Positions 1-12,412 of a stretch of 47,798 nucleotides of DNA are shown here, in pieces. Below the pieces are notes generated by a model. That model was not told the DNA's origin, did no database searches, and worked only from the letters and a program-made list of their open reading frames with translations. This DNA comes from Caldimonas sp. (GTDB lineage Bacteria > Pseudomonadota > Gammaproteobacteria > Burkholderiales > Burkholderiaceae_C): the NCBI GenBank assembly GCA_035493195.1, contig DATJIM010000293.1, forward strand, positions 1 to 47,798. Reading direction: 5' to 3'. Both the position numbers and the translations under genes were made by a program. How positions within the stretch are numbered: position 1 is the stretch's first letter; every line of letters begins with the position of its first letter.

Positions 1-606
1 TCGACGACGACCGGGACGACCGCGCACGTCTTCCTCGATCGCGCGCTGCGGAAGGCTTCGCTCGATCCGACCAAGGACGTGCAGATCGTCAACCAGCGGA
101 TGGCCGAGGCGGTGACGTCGTTCGTCTCCGGCGCGGTCCCCGCGGTCGCGCTCTGGGTTCCGTTCGACCAGACGGTGAAGCAGAAGGTCCCGGGCGCACG
201 CAAGATCGTCGACGCCTCGGCGTTCTTCCCCGAGGCCGCGATCATGGGCGGCTGGGCGGCCCGCAACGACTACTACGAGAACGCCGCCAACAAGGCGACG
301 CTCGTTGCGCTCGTCGCCGGCTGGGTCGAGACCAACGATGCGATGCTCGCCAACTTCGACGCCGCCGCCGAGACGCTGCAGAAGACGCAGTACAAGGACG
401 TCCCGCTCGCCGACTTCAAGGACTCGATGAAGTACTCGAAGTACTACACGTCGGCCGAGTGGCGCAAGCTCTACCAGGACGGCACCGCGACCAAGTGGCT
501 GCAGCAGGTGACCGACTTCTTCGTCGGCGCGGGCAACATCCAGAACCCGGTGCCGGCGTCGAAGTACTTCGATCCGCAGCTCTATCTCTCGAACGTCAAG
601 GCCTGA
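1..606 (+). CDS. ABC transporter substrate-binding protein, NitT/TauT/SsuA family (5' truncated by window edge)
   Basis: Frame 1 open from base 1 (STTTGTTAHVFLDRALRKASLDPTKDVQIVNQ...AVALWVPF); GTTAH and 'A.ALW.P' patterns typical of SsuA/NMT1-like binding proteins. Confidence 0.8.
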   Translation, partial: STTTGTTAHVFLDRALRKASLDPTKDVQIVNQRMAEAVTSFVSGAVPAVALWVPFDQTVKQKVPGARKIVDASAFFPEAAIMGGWAARNDYYENAANKATLVALVAGWVETNDAMLANFDAAAETLQKTQYKDVPLADFKDSMKYSKYYTSAEWRKLYQDGTATKWLQQVTDFFVGAGNIQNPVPASKYFDPQLYLSNVKA

Positions 607-628
607 GGACCGCGGCAAGAGAGGCGCG

Positions 629-2281
629 GTGGCGCTCGACAACGGCTTCGACGTCGTCGTCGTCGGTGGCGGCTCGGCGGGCTGCGTGCTCGCCAACCGC
701 CTCTCCGCCGACCCGGCGTGCCGCGTCCTGCTGCTCGAGGCAGGGCGCGACGCGCGCCACTTCTGGTTGCGCCTGCCGGTCGGCTACTTCCGCTCGATCT
801 ACGACCCGCGCTTCACCTGGCAGTTTCCGCTCGAGCCCGAAGCGAGCACCGGCAGCCGCGCGATCGCGTGGCCGCGCGGCAAGGCGCTCGGCGGCTCGAG
901 CGTCGTCAACGGCTTGCTCTACATCCGTGGCCAGCCGGCCGACTTCGACGACTGGGCGAACGTGCACGGCGCGCGCGGCTGGAGCTACCGCGAGGTGCTG
1001 CCGTTCTTCAAGCGCTCCGAGCGCTACGAAGGCGGCGAGAACGAGTGGCACGGCGCACGCGGCGAGCTCGGCGTCTCCGACCTGCGCAACGACCATTCGT
1101 ATTGCGAGGCGTGGCTCGCGGCGGGCGTCCAGGCCGGGCATCCGTTCACTTCCGATTTCAACGGCGCGCACAGCGACGGCCTCGGCCGCTACCAGCTGAC
1201 GCTGCGAGGCCGTTGGCGCTGCGACGCGGCGACGGCGTTCCTGGCGCCGGTGCGACAGCGGCCGAACCTCGTTGTCGCGACCGCCGCGCACGTCACCCGC
1301 GTCGTCGTCGAGCACGGCCGCGCGGTCGGCGTCGAGTACGTCGTGAACGGTCAAAGGCTGAGCACGCGCGCCGACCGCGAGGTGATCCTCGCCGCCGGCG
1401 CGCTGCAGTCGCCGCAGCTGCTCCAGCTCTCGGGAGTCGGGCCGCCCGAGCTGCTGGCGCGCCACGGCATCGCGGTCGCCGCCGACGCGCCCGATGTCGG
1501 CCGCAACCTGCAGGACCACTACCAGGCGCGCGTGATCGTCAAGCTGAAGGAGAAGCGCTCGCTCAACGACGACGTCCGCAATCCGCTTCGACTCGCCCAG
1601 ATGGGCGCCCAGTGGCTGTTCGCACAGCGCGGGCCGCTCACCGTCGGTGCCGGCCAGGTCGGCGGTGTCGTCGCGAGCGAGCACGCGCGCGGCGACCGCG
1701 CCGACGTCCTTCTGAACGTCATGCCGCTCTCGGTCGACAAGCCCGGCGATCCGCTGCATCGCTTCTCGGGATTCTCGGCGTCGGCCGCGCAATGCCGTCC
1801 GGAGTCGACCGGCAGCGTCGAGATCGCGAGCGCCGATCCGCTCGCGCCGCCGCGGATCCGCGCCGGCTACCTGAGCGATCCGCTCGACGCCAAGGTGCTC
1901 GTCGCCGGCCTCAAGATGCTGCGCGAGATCTACGCGCAGCCGGCGTTTCGCCGTCTCGTCACCGGCGAGGAATACCTGCCCGGCAACGACCTCACGACCG
2001 ACACCGGCCTCGAGGCGTTCGCGCGCGCGCGCGGCGGCACGGTGTTCCACCCCGCCGGCACGTGCCGCATGGGCGGCGACGCGCGCTCGGTCGTCGACGA
2101 GCGCTTGCGCGTGCGCGGCGTCGAGCGGCTGCGCGTCATCGACGCATCGGTGATGCCGCGCGTGGTCTCGACCAACACCAACGCGGCGGCGATCATGATC
2201 GGCGAGAAGGGTGCAGCGCTCGTTCTCGAGGACGCGGGCAGCGGCGCGGCAGCGCGTCCCGGCGGGAGGGCGGCGGCGTGA
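629..2281 (+). CDS. GMC family FAD oxidoreductase (choline dehydrogenase-like)
   Basis: GGGSAGC dinucleotide-binding motif, RGKALGGSSVVNG, GALQSPQLLQLSGVG, VGRNLQDH, FHPAGTCRMG, DASVMP..TNTN. Confidence 0.93.
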   Translation: MALDNGFDVVVVGGGSAGCVLANRLSADPACRVLLLEAGRDARHFWLRLPVGYFRSIYDPRFTWQFPLEPEASTGSRAIAWPRGKALGGSSVVNGLLYIRGQPADFDDWANVHGARGWSYREVLPFFKRSERYEGGENEWHGARGELGVSDLRNDHSYCEAWLAAGVQAGHPFTSDFNGAHSDGLGRYQLTLRGRWRCDAATAFLAPVRQRPNLVVATAAHVTRVVVEHGRAVGVEYVVNGQRLSTRADREVILAAGALQSPQLLQLSGVGPPELLARHGIAVAADAPDVGRNLQDHYQARVIVKLKEKRSLNDDVRNPLRLAQMGAQWLFAQRGPLTVGAGQVGGVVASEHARGDRADVLLNVMPLSVDKPGDPLHRFSGFSASAAQCRPESTGSVEIASADPLAPPRIRAGYLSDPLDAKVLVAGLKMLREIYAQPAFRRLVTGEEYLPGNDLTTDTGLEAFARARGGTVFHPAGTCRMGGDARSVVDERLRVRGVERLRVIDASVMPRVVSTNTNAAAIMIGEKGAALVLEDAGSGAAARPGGRAAA

Positions 2282-3003
2282 TCCTCGCCAACGCCGACCT
2301 GCCGCTCTACGTCCAGCTCGCCGATCTGTTTCGTCAGCGCATCGCGCGCGGCGTCTGGCGCGAAGGCCAGAAGCTGCCGTCCCTCGAGCAGCTCGTCGCC
2401 GAGTTCGAGGTTGCTCGCGTCACCGTCCGCCAGGCGATCGACCGGCTCGCCAGGGACGGGCTCGTCTCGCCGCAGCGCGGCCGCGGCACGTTCGTCACCG
2501 GTGCGCCGCGCAGCGACCGCTGGCTTCGCGTCGAGACGACGCTGAAGAACCTGGCCAACGTCTACCGCGACACGCAGCCGACGATCCTCAACATCGACGA
2601 GAAGGAGTCGTCGCGGACGCCGCGCCTGCGCGACGACGACGGTGTCGCGGCGCCGAAGTACGTCTACATGCGCCGCGTCCACGCCAACGGCGACCGGCCG
2701 TACTGCGTGATCGACATCTATCTCGACGCCGAGATCTTCGCGCGCCACCCGCGGCGATTCCGCGAGGAGACGGTGATCCCGCTCCTGACCGCGATGCCGT
2801 CCGTGAAGATCGCGACCGCGCGCCAGGTGCTGACGATCTCGACCGCCGACGTCGAGGTCGCGCGCCTGCTCGAGATCGCGGTCAACGCTCCGGTTGCCGA
2901 CGTGCGCCGCGTCTTCACCGGCCCGAAGCGGCGCGTCATCTATCTCGCCGAGGTGACGTACCGCGGCGACTTCGTCCACGTCGAGTTCGACCTCAAGTCC
3001 TGA
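2278..3003 (+). CDS. GntR family transcriptional regulator, HutC/UTRA type
   Basis: GTG start overlaps the GMC stop (GTGA); PLYVQLA...LPS..QL..EF.VARVTVRQAI...RGRGTFV winged helix plus UTRA-like C-terminus. Confidence 0.92.
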   Translation: MILANADLPLYVQLADLFRQRIARGVWREGQKLPSLEQLVAEFEVARVTVRQAIDRLARDGLVSPQRGRGTFVTGAPRSDRWLRVETTLKNLANVYRDTQPTILNIDEKESSRTPRLRDDDGVAAPKYVYMRRVHANGDRPYCVIDIYLDAEIFARHPRRFREETVIPLLTAMPSVKIATARQVLTISTADVEVARLLEIAVNAPVADVRRVFTGPKRRVIYLAEVTYRGDFVHVEFDLKS

Positions 3004-3094
3004 CGTCGCCCCGCTGCGGCGCAAGCCGGTCGGAGCAGGGGCACAATCGCCGCCTTCGTGGTGCCGGCGAGCGCCGGCGCAGCAAGGAGGCGGG

Positions 3095-3400
3095 ATGGCG
3101 AAGGGCTACTGGGTCGCGCGCGGCGACGTCCGCGACGTCGAGGCATACAAGGCGTACATCGCGGCCAACGCGGCGCCGATCGCGAAGCACGGCGGTCGTT
3201 TCCTCGTTCGCGGCGGCCGCTTCGAGAACCCGGAAGGGTCGAGCCGATCGCGCAACATCGTCATCGAGTTCCCGTCGTACCAGGCGGCGCTCGACTGCTA
3301 CCGCTCGCCCGAGTACCAGGCCGCGATCCAGATCCGCCTGCCGATCTCGACCATCGACATGGTCGTCATCGAGGGCTACGACGGCCCGCAGCCGGGCTGA
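3095..3400 (+). CDS. DUF1330 family protein
   Basis: AAGGAGG RBS; [22 protein letters not shown] motifs. Confidence 0.88.
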   Translation: MAKGYWVARGDVRDVEAYKAYIAANAAPIAKHGGRFLVRGGRFENPEGSSRSRNIVIEFPSYQAALDCYRSPEYQAAIQIRLPISTIDMVVIEGYDGPQPG

Positions 3401-3441
3401 CGGCAGGCGCAGCTTCTTCATCCTCAACGCGAGAGATCCGC

Positions 3442-4875
3442 ATGTACCCCGACATCCAGCTCTACATCGACGGCGCCTGGACCCCGGCCGCTTCCGGCCG
3501 CACGCATCCGGTCGTCAACCCCGCCACCGGCGAGACGATCGGCACGTTCGCGTTCGCCGAACGCGCCGACCTCGACCGCGCGCTCGAAGCGGCGCAGAAG
3601 GGCTTTCAGACCTGGCGCAAGGTCTCGGCATACGAGCGTTCGAAGGTGATGCGCAAGGCCGCCGACCTGCTGCGCGAGCGGCTGCAGACGGTCGCCGAGA
3701 TCATGACGCAGGAGCAGGGCAAGACCGTCGCCGAGGCGAAGGGTGAGATCCTCAACGGTGCCGACACGATCGACTGGTTCGCCGAGGAAGGTCGCCGCAC
3801 CTATGGCCGTGTCATTCCGGCGCGCAGCGAAGGGATCTATCAGCTCGTCATCAAGGAGCCGGTCGGCCCGGTCGCCGCGTTCACGCCGTGGAACTTCCCG
3901 ATCAACCAGATCGTGCGCAAGCTCTCGGCGGCGCTCGCCGCCGGCTGCTCGATCATCGTCAAGGCGCCCGAGGAAACGCCGGGGTCGCCTGCCGAGCTGA
4001 TCCGCGCCTTCGCCGACGCCGGCGTTCCTGCCGGTGCGGTCAACCTCGTCTACGGTGATCCGGCGGCGATCTCGTCGTACCTGATCCCGCATCCGGTGAT
4101 CCGCAAGATCTCGTTCACCGGCTCGACCGTCGTCGGCAAGCAGCTCGCTGCGCTCGCCGGCCAGCACATGAAGCGGGTCACGATGGAACTCGGCGGCCAC
4201 GCGCCGGTGATCGTTTTCGACGACGCCGACGCCGCGGTCGCGGCGAAAGTGATGGCGGCGAGCAAGTTCCGCAATGCCGGCCAGGTCTGCATCTCGCCGA
4301 CGCGCTTTCTTGTCCAGGAAGGCATCTACAAGAGCTTCGTCGAGCAGTTCGCCGCGCACGCGAAGGCGCTCAAGGTCGGCAACGGCCTCGAGAAGGACGT
4401 CAAGATGGGCGCGCTCGCCAACCCGCGCCGCGCCCGCGCGATGGAGGCCAACGTCGAAGACGCTTCGAAGCACGGCGCCAAGCTCCTCGCCGGCGGCCAT
4501 GCGATCGGCGACAAGGGCAACTTCTGGGAGCCGACCGTCGTCGCCGAGCTGCCCAACGACGCCAAGGCGATGAACGAGGAGCCGTTCGGGCCGCTCGCGA
4601 TCATCAATCCGTTCCGCAGCTTCGACGACGCGGTGCAGGAAGCGAACCGGCTGCCGTTCGGCCTCGCCGCGTACGCGTGGACGAAGTCGGCGAAGACCGC
4701 GAACGCGATCGCCAACGCGGTCGAGACCGGGATGATCTCGATCAACAACACCGGTCTCGGCATCCCCGAGGTTCCGTTCGGCGGCGTCAAGGATTCTGGC
4801 TACGGCTCCGAAGGCGGCAGCGAGGCGATCGAGCCGTACCTCAATCCGAAGTTCGTCTCGCAAGCCGGCCTGTAG
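3442..4875 (+). CDS. NAD-dependent aldehyde dehydrogenase (succinate-semialdehyde / alpha-ketoglutaric semialdehyde dehydrogenase family)
   Basis: [52 protein letters not shown]; ATG at 3442. Confidence 0.93.
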   Translation: MYPDIQLYIDGAWTPAASGRTHPVVNPATGETIGTFAFAERADLDRALEAAQKGFQTWRKVSAYERSKVMRKAADLLRERLQTVAEIMTQEQGKTVAEAKGEILNGADTIDWFAEEGRRTYGRVIPARSEGIYQLVIKEPVGPVAAFTPWNFPINQIVRKLSAALAAGCSIIVKAPEETPGSPAELIRAFADAGVPAGAVNLVYGDPAAISSYLIPHPVIRKISFTGSTVVGKQLAALAGQHMKRVTMELGGHAPVIVFDDADAAVAAKVMAASKFRNAGQVCISPTRFLVQEGIYKSFVEQFAAHAKALKVGNGLEKDVKMGALANPRRARAMEANVEDASKHGAKLLAGGHAIGDKGNFWEPTVVAELPNDAKAMNEEPFGPLAIINPFRSFDDAVQEANRLPFGLAAYAWTKSAKTANAIANAVETGMISINNTGLGIPEVPFGGVKDSGYGSEGGSEAIEPYLNPKFVSQAGL

Positions 4876-4886
4876 GTCGTCGCGCC

Positions 4887-5153
4887 ATGGCGATCGAGCT
4901 CGACAAGGAAGCGCGCAAGGAGGCGATCGCCTCGATCGAGCGCTGGTTCCAGGAAGAGCGCGACGAGCGCGTCGGCAACATCTTCGCCGGCGCGCTGCTC
5001 GGCTTCTTCCTCGAGGAGATCGCGCCGACGGTCTACAACCGCGCCGTCGCCGACGTCCAAGATCGGTTGCGGATGCGCGTCGACGATCTCGAGATCGAGA
5101 TCCACGAGGACGAGTTCGGCCACTGGCGCAAGCGCCAGCCGCAGCGGCGCTGA
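4887..5153 (+). CDS. DUF2164 family protein
   Basis: MAIELDKE...GNIFAGALLGFFLEEIAPTVYNRAVAD pattern. Confidence 0.8.
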   Translation: MAIELDKEARKEAIASIERWFQEERDERVGNIFAGALLGFFLEEIAPTVYNRAVADVQDRLRMRVDDLEIEIHEDEFGHWRKRQPQRR

Positions 5154-5359
5154 GCGCCGCGGCGCCTGGCAGTCACGACGCGCGGGTTGCGCTCGGCGAG
5201 TTCGCGGTTCTTGGTGGCGCCGCACGGGATCGGGACGGCAGGGCACCCTGCTTTGCTCCATGTCCCCCGGGCTTGGCCTGGACGGCCGGCCCTCCTCCTC
5301 TACTTCCGCAAACCCGCCGCCCGCGCCCGCGTGCGCGACGGCGAGACGACCCTACGACC

Positions 5360-6669
5360 TCAGCCGATCAACGCCGGCAGCCAGGTCGCGACCGCGGGCA
5401 CGAGGAAGACCAGCGCGAGCAGGAGCACGCTCATCGCGAGGTACGGCACGACGGCGCGGAAGATGTCGAGCATCGTCACCTGAGGCGGCGCGACGCCCTT
5501 CATCGTCATCAGCAGCAGGCCGTGCGGCGGCAGCAGCAGGCCCATCTGCATGCAGATGAGGAACAGCACGCCGAACCAGACGAGGTCGACGCCGAGCGTC
5601 TGCACGATCGGCATGAAGATCGGCAGCGTGATCATCATCATGCTCACCTGGTCGACGAAGACGCCGAGGAAGATGAGCAGAAGCATCATGCCGACGATCA
5701 CCGCCCACGGAGCGAGGCCGGCGTTGGTGATCGTCTGCGAGAGCCCGTTCGACGCGCCCGAGAACGAGAGGATCTGCGCGAACGTCGTCGCGCCGACGAT
5801 GATGAAGAGAATCATCGCCGAGATCGCGACCGTGCCCTTGAGCGACTCCAGCAGGATGCGCACGCTGAGCGCGCGGTAGGCGAGCGCGAAGACGATCGTC
5901 GCGGCGGCGCCGACGGCGGCCGACTCGGTGGGCGTCCCCCAGCCGGCGGCCATCGCGCCGACGACGACGGCGAAGATCGACACCAGCGGCAGCACGTAGA
6001 GCAGGAACGGCTTGAAGCGCGCGAAGCCGGGATGGCGCTCGAGGGGGACGTTCGGCGCCAGCGCCGGATTGGTCTTGACGCGAACGATGATCCAGGCGAC
6101 GAACGCGACCGAGAGAACGAGACCGGGGATGACCCCGCCGATCAGCAGCTTCGAGATCGAGATCCCCGAGAGCGAGCCGAGCAGCACCGTCAGTGCCGAC
6201 GGTGGGATCAGCATGTCGACGGCGCCGATCGCCATCACCGGCCCGCACGCGAGCCTCGGGTCGTAGCCGCGCGAAAGCATCACCGGCACCATCAGCGATC
6301 CGAGCATTGCAGTGGTCGCGATCGTCGACCCGGAGATCGCCGAGAAGACGGTGCCGGCGACGACGGCGACGATCGCGAGCCGGCCGGGCACCTGCGCGAT
6401 CAGCCGCTCGATGCCGTCGATCACCTTGACGGCGAGGCCGGTGTGGAAGAGCACCTCGCCCATCAGGACGAAGAGCGGGATCGGCGTCAGCGAGAAGCTC
6501 ATCACCGAGCTGACGCTGTTGCGGGCGAGCTGCACGAGGCCAGGGTCGCCGCCGAGCCAGAGCCAGGCGCCGAGCAGGTTGATCGCGAGGAACGCGAACG
6601 CGACCGGCAGGCCGACGAAGAGCAACACCGTCGAGCCGCCGAGCAGCAGCCACGCGGCGCCGACCCAGC

Positions 6670-6673
<4 letters not shown>
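5360..6673 (-). CDS. dctM: TRAP transporter large permease
   Basis: IPLFVLMGE, FSAISGS, LIPPS, TPTESAAVG, GLLLPPHG motifs; many TM segments; ATG at 6673 overlaps dctQ stop. Confidence 0.92.
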
Positions 6674-8801
<2,128 letters not shown>

Positions 8802-8887
8802 TCAATGTAGGAAAGTGTCGGCGCATCGCCGAGTGAGGACGGCGCTGCGAACGAGTGACCGATTCACGCGCCAGCGCCGGCGCTCGT

Positions 8888-9580
8888 TCAACCGTCGTCG
8901 CGATCGGGCCAGCCCTGCGCGCCGACGAGCGGGACGAACATCACGCCGCCGAGGTCGTCTTCTCGCCACTCGCAGTCGCCGCGTCGCTCGACGAGGATGA
9001 GCCGTTGCACGCCGGGGCCGCTCGCGACCGGAAGGACGAGGCGGCCGCCGATCGCGAGCTGCTCGCGCAGCGCCTCGGGGACCCGCGGCCCCGCCGCGGC
9101 GACGACGATCGCGTCGTAGGGCGCGCCGCTCGGCCAGCCGGCGCTGCCGTCACCTGCGTGGACCGCGACGTTCGTGATGCCGAGCCGCGCCAGCCGTTCG
9201 CGGGCGAGCTCGACGAGCCGCGGGTGGCGCTCGATCGCGTCGACGCGGGCGACGAGCTGCGCAGCGACCGCGCTCGCGTAGCCCGAGCCGGCGCCGACTT
9301 CGAGCATGCGGTCGTCGGCGCCGAGCCGCGCTTCCTGGAGCATCAGCGCGACGATGTACGGCTGCGAGATCGTCTGGCCTTCCTCGATCGGCAGCGGCGA
9401 ATCCTCGTACGCCTCGCCGCGCATCGCCGCGGCGACGAAGGCGTGCCGCGGGATGCGGCCCATCGCCTCGATGACGCGGGCGTCGCGGATGCCGCGCGCC
9501 GCGAGCTGCCGGGCGACCATCCAGCCGCGCTGCTGGCGGGTGTTGGTGTCGTCGTCCACGGCAGCTGCTGCCGATCGCAA
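8888..9580 (-). CDS. pcm: Protein-L-isoaspartate O-methyltransferase
   Basis: IPRHAFV, AYEDSPLPI.EGQTISQPYIVA, LEVGAGSGY, GDGSAGW..APYDAI, FVPL; start uncertain (TTG 9580 or GTG 9559). Confidence 0.92.
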   Translation of the reverse strand: MRSAAAAVDDDTNTRQQRGWMVARQLAARGIRDARVIEAMGRIPRHAFVAAAMRGEAYEDSPLPIEEGQTISQPYIVALMLQEARLGADDRMLEVGAGSGYASAVAAQLVARVDAIERHPRLVELARERLARLGITNVAVHAGDGSAGWPSGAPYDAIVVAAAGPRVPEALREQLAIGGRLVLPVASGPGVQRLILVERRGDCEWREDDLGGVMFVPLVGAQGWPDRDDG

Positions 9581-9584
9581 AGCT

Positions 9585-10760
9585 CTACTGCTGGCGGTGC
9601 GTCTGCAGCCACTGCAGCTTGGCGGCGTAGAGGTCGTGCTGGTTGCGCGTCAGGCTGTTGTCGATCGCGATCGAGAGATGGCGACGCGCCGCGGCCTCGT
9701 CGCCGAGTCGCCAGTCGGCGACGCCGAGCCAGAAGTGGAACTCGTGGTACGTGTCGGCGCGCGCGACCTCGCGCGCGAAGAGCTCGCGGGCAGTGCGCCA
9801 ATCGTTGCGTTGCACCGCCGCCATGCCGAGCTCGAAGAAATAGAACGGCGGGTACGGCTCGAGCGCGGCGAGCCGCGTGCGCGCGCCGCGCGCGTCGGCG
9901 TCGCGGCCCAGCCGCTCGTACGCCATCGCCAGGTTGGCGAGCGCGCGCGTGTCGCGCGGGTCGGCGGCGAGGACGCGCTCGAAGACGCGCGCCGCCTGGC
10001 CGAGATCGCCGTGGCGCAGGTAGACGACACCGAGCGTGTTGAACGCGCCCGCGAAGCCCGGGTCCTTGCGCACGCTCGCCGCCGCCCACGCGTACGCATC
10101 GTCGAGGCGGCCGTCGGCGAGCGCTTCGGCGGCGCGGTTGTTCGCATACATCGCGACGACCGTGCGCTCGTCGATCTCGCGGGTCCGGAATCCGGTGATC
10201 TCCTCGGGCGGCAGGAAGTCGATCGTCAGCTTCGGGACGTCGGTCGCGGCGCGGACGTCGACGAGCCGGCGAGACAGCGTGATGTTGACGTGGCCGCTCG
10301 CGATGAGGAGCGCTCCGGTGCGGCTCCACGTCTCCGGGATCGAGACGGTCTGGTAGCTGACCGGCAGACCGAGCTCCTTGGCGAAGGCCGCCGTCATCAG
10401 GACGAGCGACAGGCAGTTGCCGCTGCGCGAATCGAACGTCGCCGCCGCGGTCTTGGTGAGCCCCGAGTCGTATTCGAGCTTGAGCTGAGCGCGGTGCTGG
10501 AGCGCGTTGGTCAAGGCGAGCTGCGGACCGTCGCGGCGCAGCTGATGCGCGATCTCGGTCTTCAGGAACGAGCGCATCGCGGGACTGACGGTGAACAGGT
10601 CGTCGGTCCGGATCGACTCGTGCGGCGCTGCGAACAGCGCGTCGGCGAGGACGTCGTCGGGAGGGGCCGGCGGCGGCGTCGACGCGCAACCGGCGACGAG
10701 GCAGGCGAGGAGCGCGGCGGCGCTGAAGGCGCCGTGAAGCTGGCGGTGAACGGTCGGCAT
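9585..10760 (-). CDS. Lipoprotein with transglutaminase-like domain and C-terminal TPRs
   Basis: Lipobox LVAG-C; GNCLS / SGHVN / IDF putative Cys-His-Asp triad; TPR-like AFNTLGVVYLRHG, ALANLAMAYERLG. Confidence 0.72.
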   Translation of the reverse strand: MPTVHRQLHGAFSAAALLACLVAGCASTPPPAPPDDVLADALFAAPHESIRTDDLFTVSPAMRSFLKTEIAHQLRRDGPQLALTNALQHRAQLKLEYDSGLTKTAAATFDSRSGNCLSLVLMTAAFAKELGLPVSYQTVSIPETWSRTGALLIASGHVNITLSRRLVDVRAATDVPKLTIDFLPPEEITGFRTREIDERTVVAMYANNRAAEALADGRLDDAYAWAAASVRKDPGFAGAFNTLGVVYLRHGDLGQAARVFERVLAADPRDTRALANLAMAYERLGRDADARGARTRLAALEPYPPFYFFELGMAAVQRNDWRTARELFAREVARADTYHEFHFWLGVADWRLGDEAAARRHLSIAIDNSLTRNQHDLYAAKLQWLQTHRQQ

Positions 10761-10876
10761 GCTGACCCGCAGGGCTCGCGCCGGAAGCGGCGAGGCCTCC
10801 ACTTTCCGCCAACTCGGGCCGCTCTGCCAATGCCGCAAACGCGGATGCGAGCGCGGCAGGGAATAGGCCCGGAAAC

Positions 10877-10900
10877 GGGGAAGGCGCAGGCGCCTTCCCC
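10877..10900 (-). terminator. Probable intrinsic terminator of the hsp20 pair
   Basis: Perfect 10-bp stem GGGGAAGGCG/CGCCTTCCCC with 4-nt loop, 7 bp after the stop; short GTTT tail on minus strand. Confidence 0.65.
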
Positions 10901-10907
10901 TCCGGCG

Positions 10908-11321
10908 TCACTCGACGCGAACGTCGATGCGACGCGGCTTGGCCTGCTCGGCCTTCGGGATGCGCAGCGTCAGCACGCCGTCGCGCAGCCCGGCGTCGAT
11001 CTTCGCGGTGTCGAGATCGCTGCTCAACTCGAAGCTGCGGCGGAAGTGGTTGGCGCGCACTTCTGCGTAGACCGACGTCAGCGTGGTCGATTCACCGAGC
11101 TGGACCGGCGCTTCGATCGTCAGGTTGCGGCCGTCGACGCCGATCGCGAGGTCTTCGCGCGCGACACCGGGCAGGTCGGCGAGCAGCGTGATGCCGCCAG
11201 CGTCTTCGAAGATGTCGACCGGCGGCAGCAGCGCCGGGCCGGTGCGCTGGCTGCTGCGCTGCAGGTTTTGCGGTTGCGTCGACTGCGACGACTCGGTGAC
11301 GGTGTTGGCTTGCGGTTGCAT
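10908..11321 (-). CDS. Hsp20/alpha-crystallin family small heat shock protein
   Basis: PPVDIFED, ADLPGV, FRRSFEL, AGLRDGVLTLRIPK...PRRIDV; GAGGAG RBS. Confidence 0.93.
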   Translation of the reverse strand: MQPQANTVTESSQSTQPQNLQRSSQRTGPALLPPVDIFEDAGGITLLADLPGVAREDLAIGVDGRNLTIEAPVQLGESTTLTSVYAEVRANHFRRSFELSSDLDTAKIDAGLRDGVLTLRIPKAEQAKPRRIDVRVE

Positions 11322-11353
11322 GGTGGGCTCCTCTTGTTCGTGAGCGCTCGGCG

Positions 11354-11830
11354 TCAGCTTGCGCTCGAGACCTGGATCTGGCGCGGCTTGGACGATTCGC
11401 GCTTCGGCACGACGATCTTCAGCACGCCGTTCCTGTACGTCGCCTCGACGCGCGTCGGCTCGGCGTCCTCGGGGAGCGCGATGACGCGGCGGAACTTGCC
11501 CACGAAGCGCTCGCTCGCGTAGACGTTGCGCTCGCCGCCCTTCGCGCCTTCCGGGTTGCCGTTCGCGGCGGTGCGCTCGCCGGCGACCGCCAGGATGCCC
11601 TTCTCGACCGAGACGTCGATCGACTTCGGGTCGATGCCGGGCGCGAACGCGTAGACCTCGAGGGCGTCGGCCGAGGTGCCGACGTTGAGCGCGGGGAACG
11701 CGCCAGCGCGGCCGACCGCGCGGATGCTCGACGGCATCGAGCGGCCCGTGAGCAGCTCGTCGATCCTGTCCTGCAGCTGCTCGAAATCGGCGAACCAGTC
11801 GCCGGCAGTTCTCAACATGGACGGGTACAT
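11354..11830 (-). CDS. Hsp20/alpha-crystallin family small heat shock protein
   Basis: FPALNV, APGIDP, ERFVGKFRRVIALP, ATYRNGVLKIVVPK...PRQIQV; AAAGGAG RBS. Confidence 0.93.
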   Translation of the reverse strand: MYPSMLRTAGDWFADFEQLQDRIDELLTGRSMPSSIRAVGRAGAFPALNVGTSADALEVYAFAPGIDPKSIDVSVEKGILAVAGERTAANGNPEGAKGGERNVYASERFVGKFRRVIALPEDAEPTRVEATYRNGVLKIVVPKRESSKPRQIQVSSAS

Positions 11831-11883
11831 GTCTGTTCGCTCCTTTCGTGTGAATGCGCGGGCGGCTCGCCCGCTTCGGCCGG

Positions 11884-11911
11884 AGATAGGAGCGCACGCG
11901 GCGCTTTCAAG
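11884..11911 (-). promoter_or_regulatory. Sigma32 (RpoH)-type heat-shock promoter
   Basis: CTTGAAA-N13-TCCTATCT upstream of the hsp20 pair, close to consensus CTTGAAA-N13/14-CCCCATnT. Confidence 0.72.
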
Positions 11912-12076
11912 GGCCCGCGCGTAGGCGCAATCCGACGCCGGGGTGCGGCGCGACCCCCGTGTGCGATGCGGCGTTTGGGCATGGTGCGTCGCCGGGGCGC
12001 TGCCTACATTGGCGAGCAACGTCGGAACACCCGACGTTCACTCCCACCACTTGGGCCCACGAGGCGAGGAAACGGT

Positions 12077-12346
12077 ATGAACTTCATCATTTGGCTGATC
12101 GTCGGCGGCATCATCGGCTGGCTGGCGAGCATGATCATGCGCACCGACGCGCAGCAAGGGATCGTGCTCAACGTCGTCGTCGGCATCATCGGCGCGCTGC
12201 TCGGCGGCTGGCTGATCTCGCCGCTGGTCGGCGTCGGCACCATCAACCAGGACGCGTTCAGCTTGCCCGCGATGCTCGTGTCGCTCGTCGGTGCGGTGAT
12301 CCTGCTGGCGATCGTCAACCTGTTCCGCCGCGGCCGCGTCCGCTGA
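12077..12346 (+). CDS. GlsB/YeaQ/YmgE family stress-response membrane protein
   Basis: MNFIIWLIVGGIIGWLAS...NVVVGIIGALLGG...SLVGAVILL. Confidence 0.92.
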   Translation: MNFIIWLIVGGIIGWLASMIMRTDAQQGIVLNVVVGIIGALLGGWLISPLVGVGTINQDAFSLPAMLVSLVGAVILLAIVNLFRRGRVR

Positions 12347-12412
12347 CCGGTCGTTCTTCGAGGGCGGCCTCGCGGCGCGCCCTCTTTCATTCCTGACATC
12401 GAGGAGCAGTCC

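Noticed and set aside
629-4875. betA/betB choline oxidation operon
   Set aside because: ALDH is of the SSADH/KGSADH type, regulator is GntR not BetI; symbols withheld
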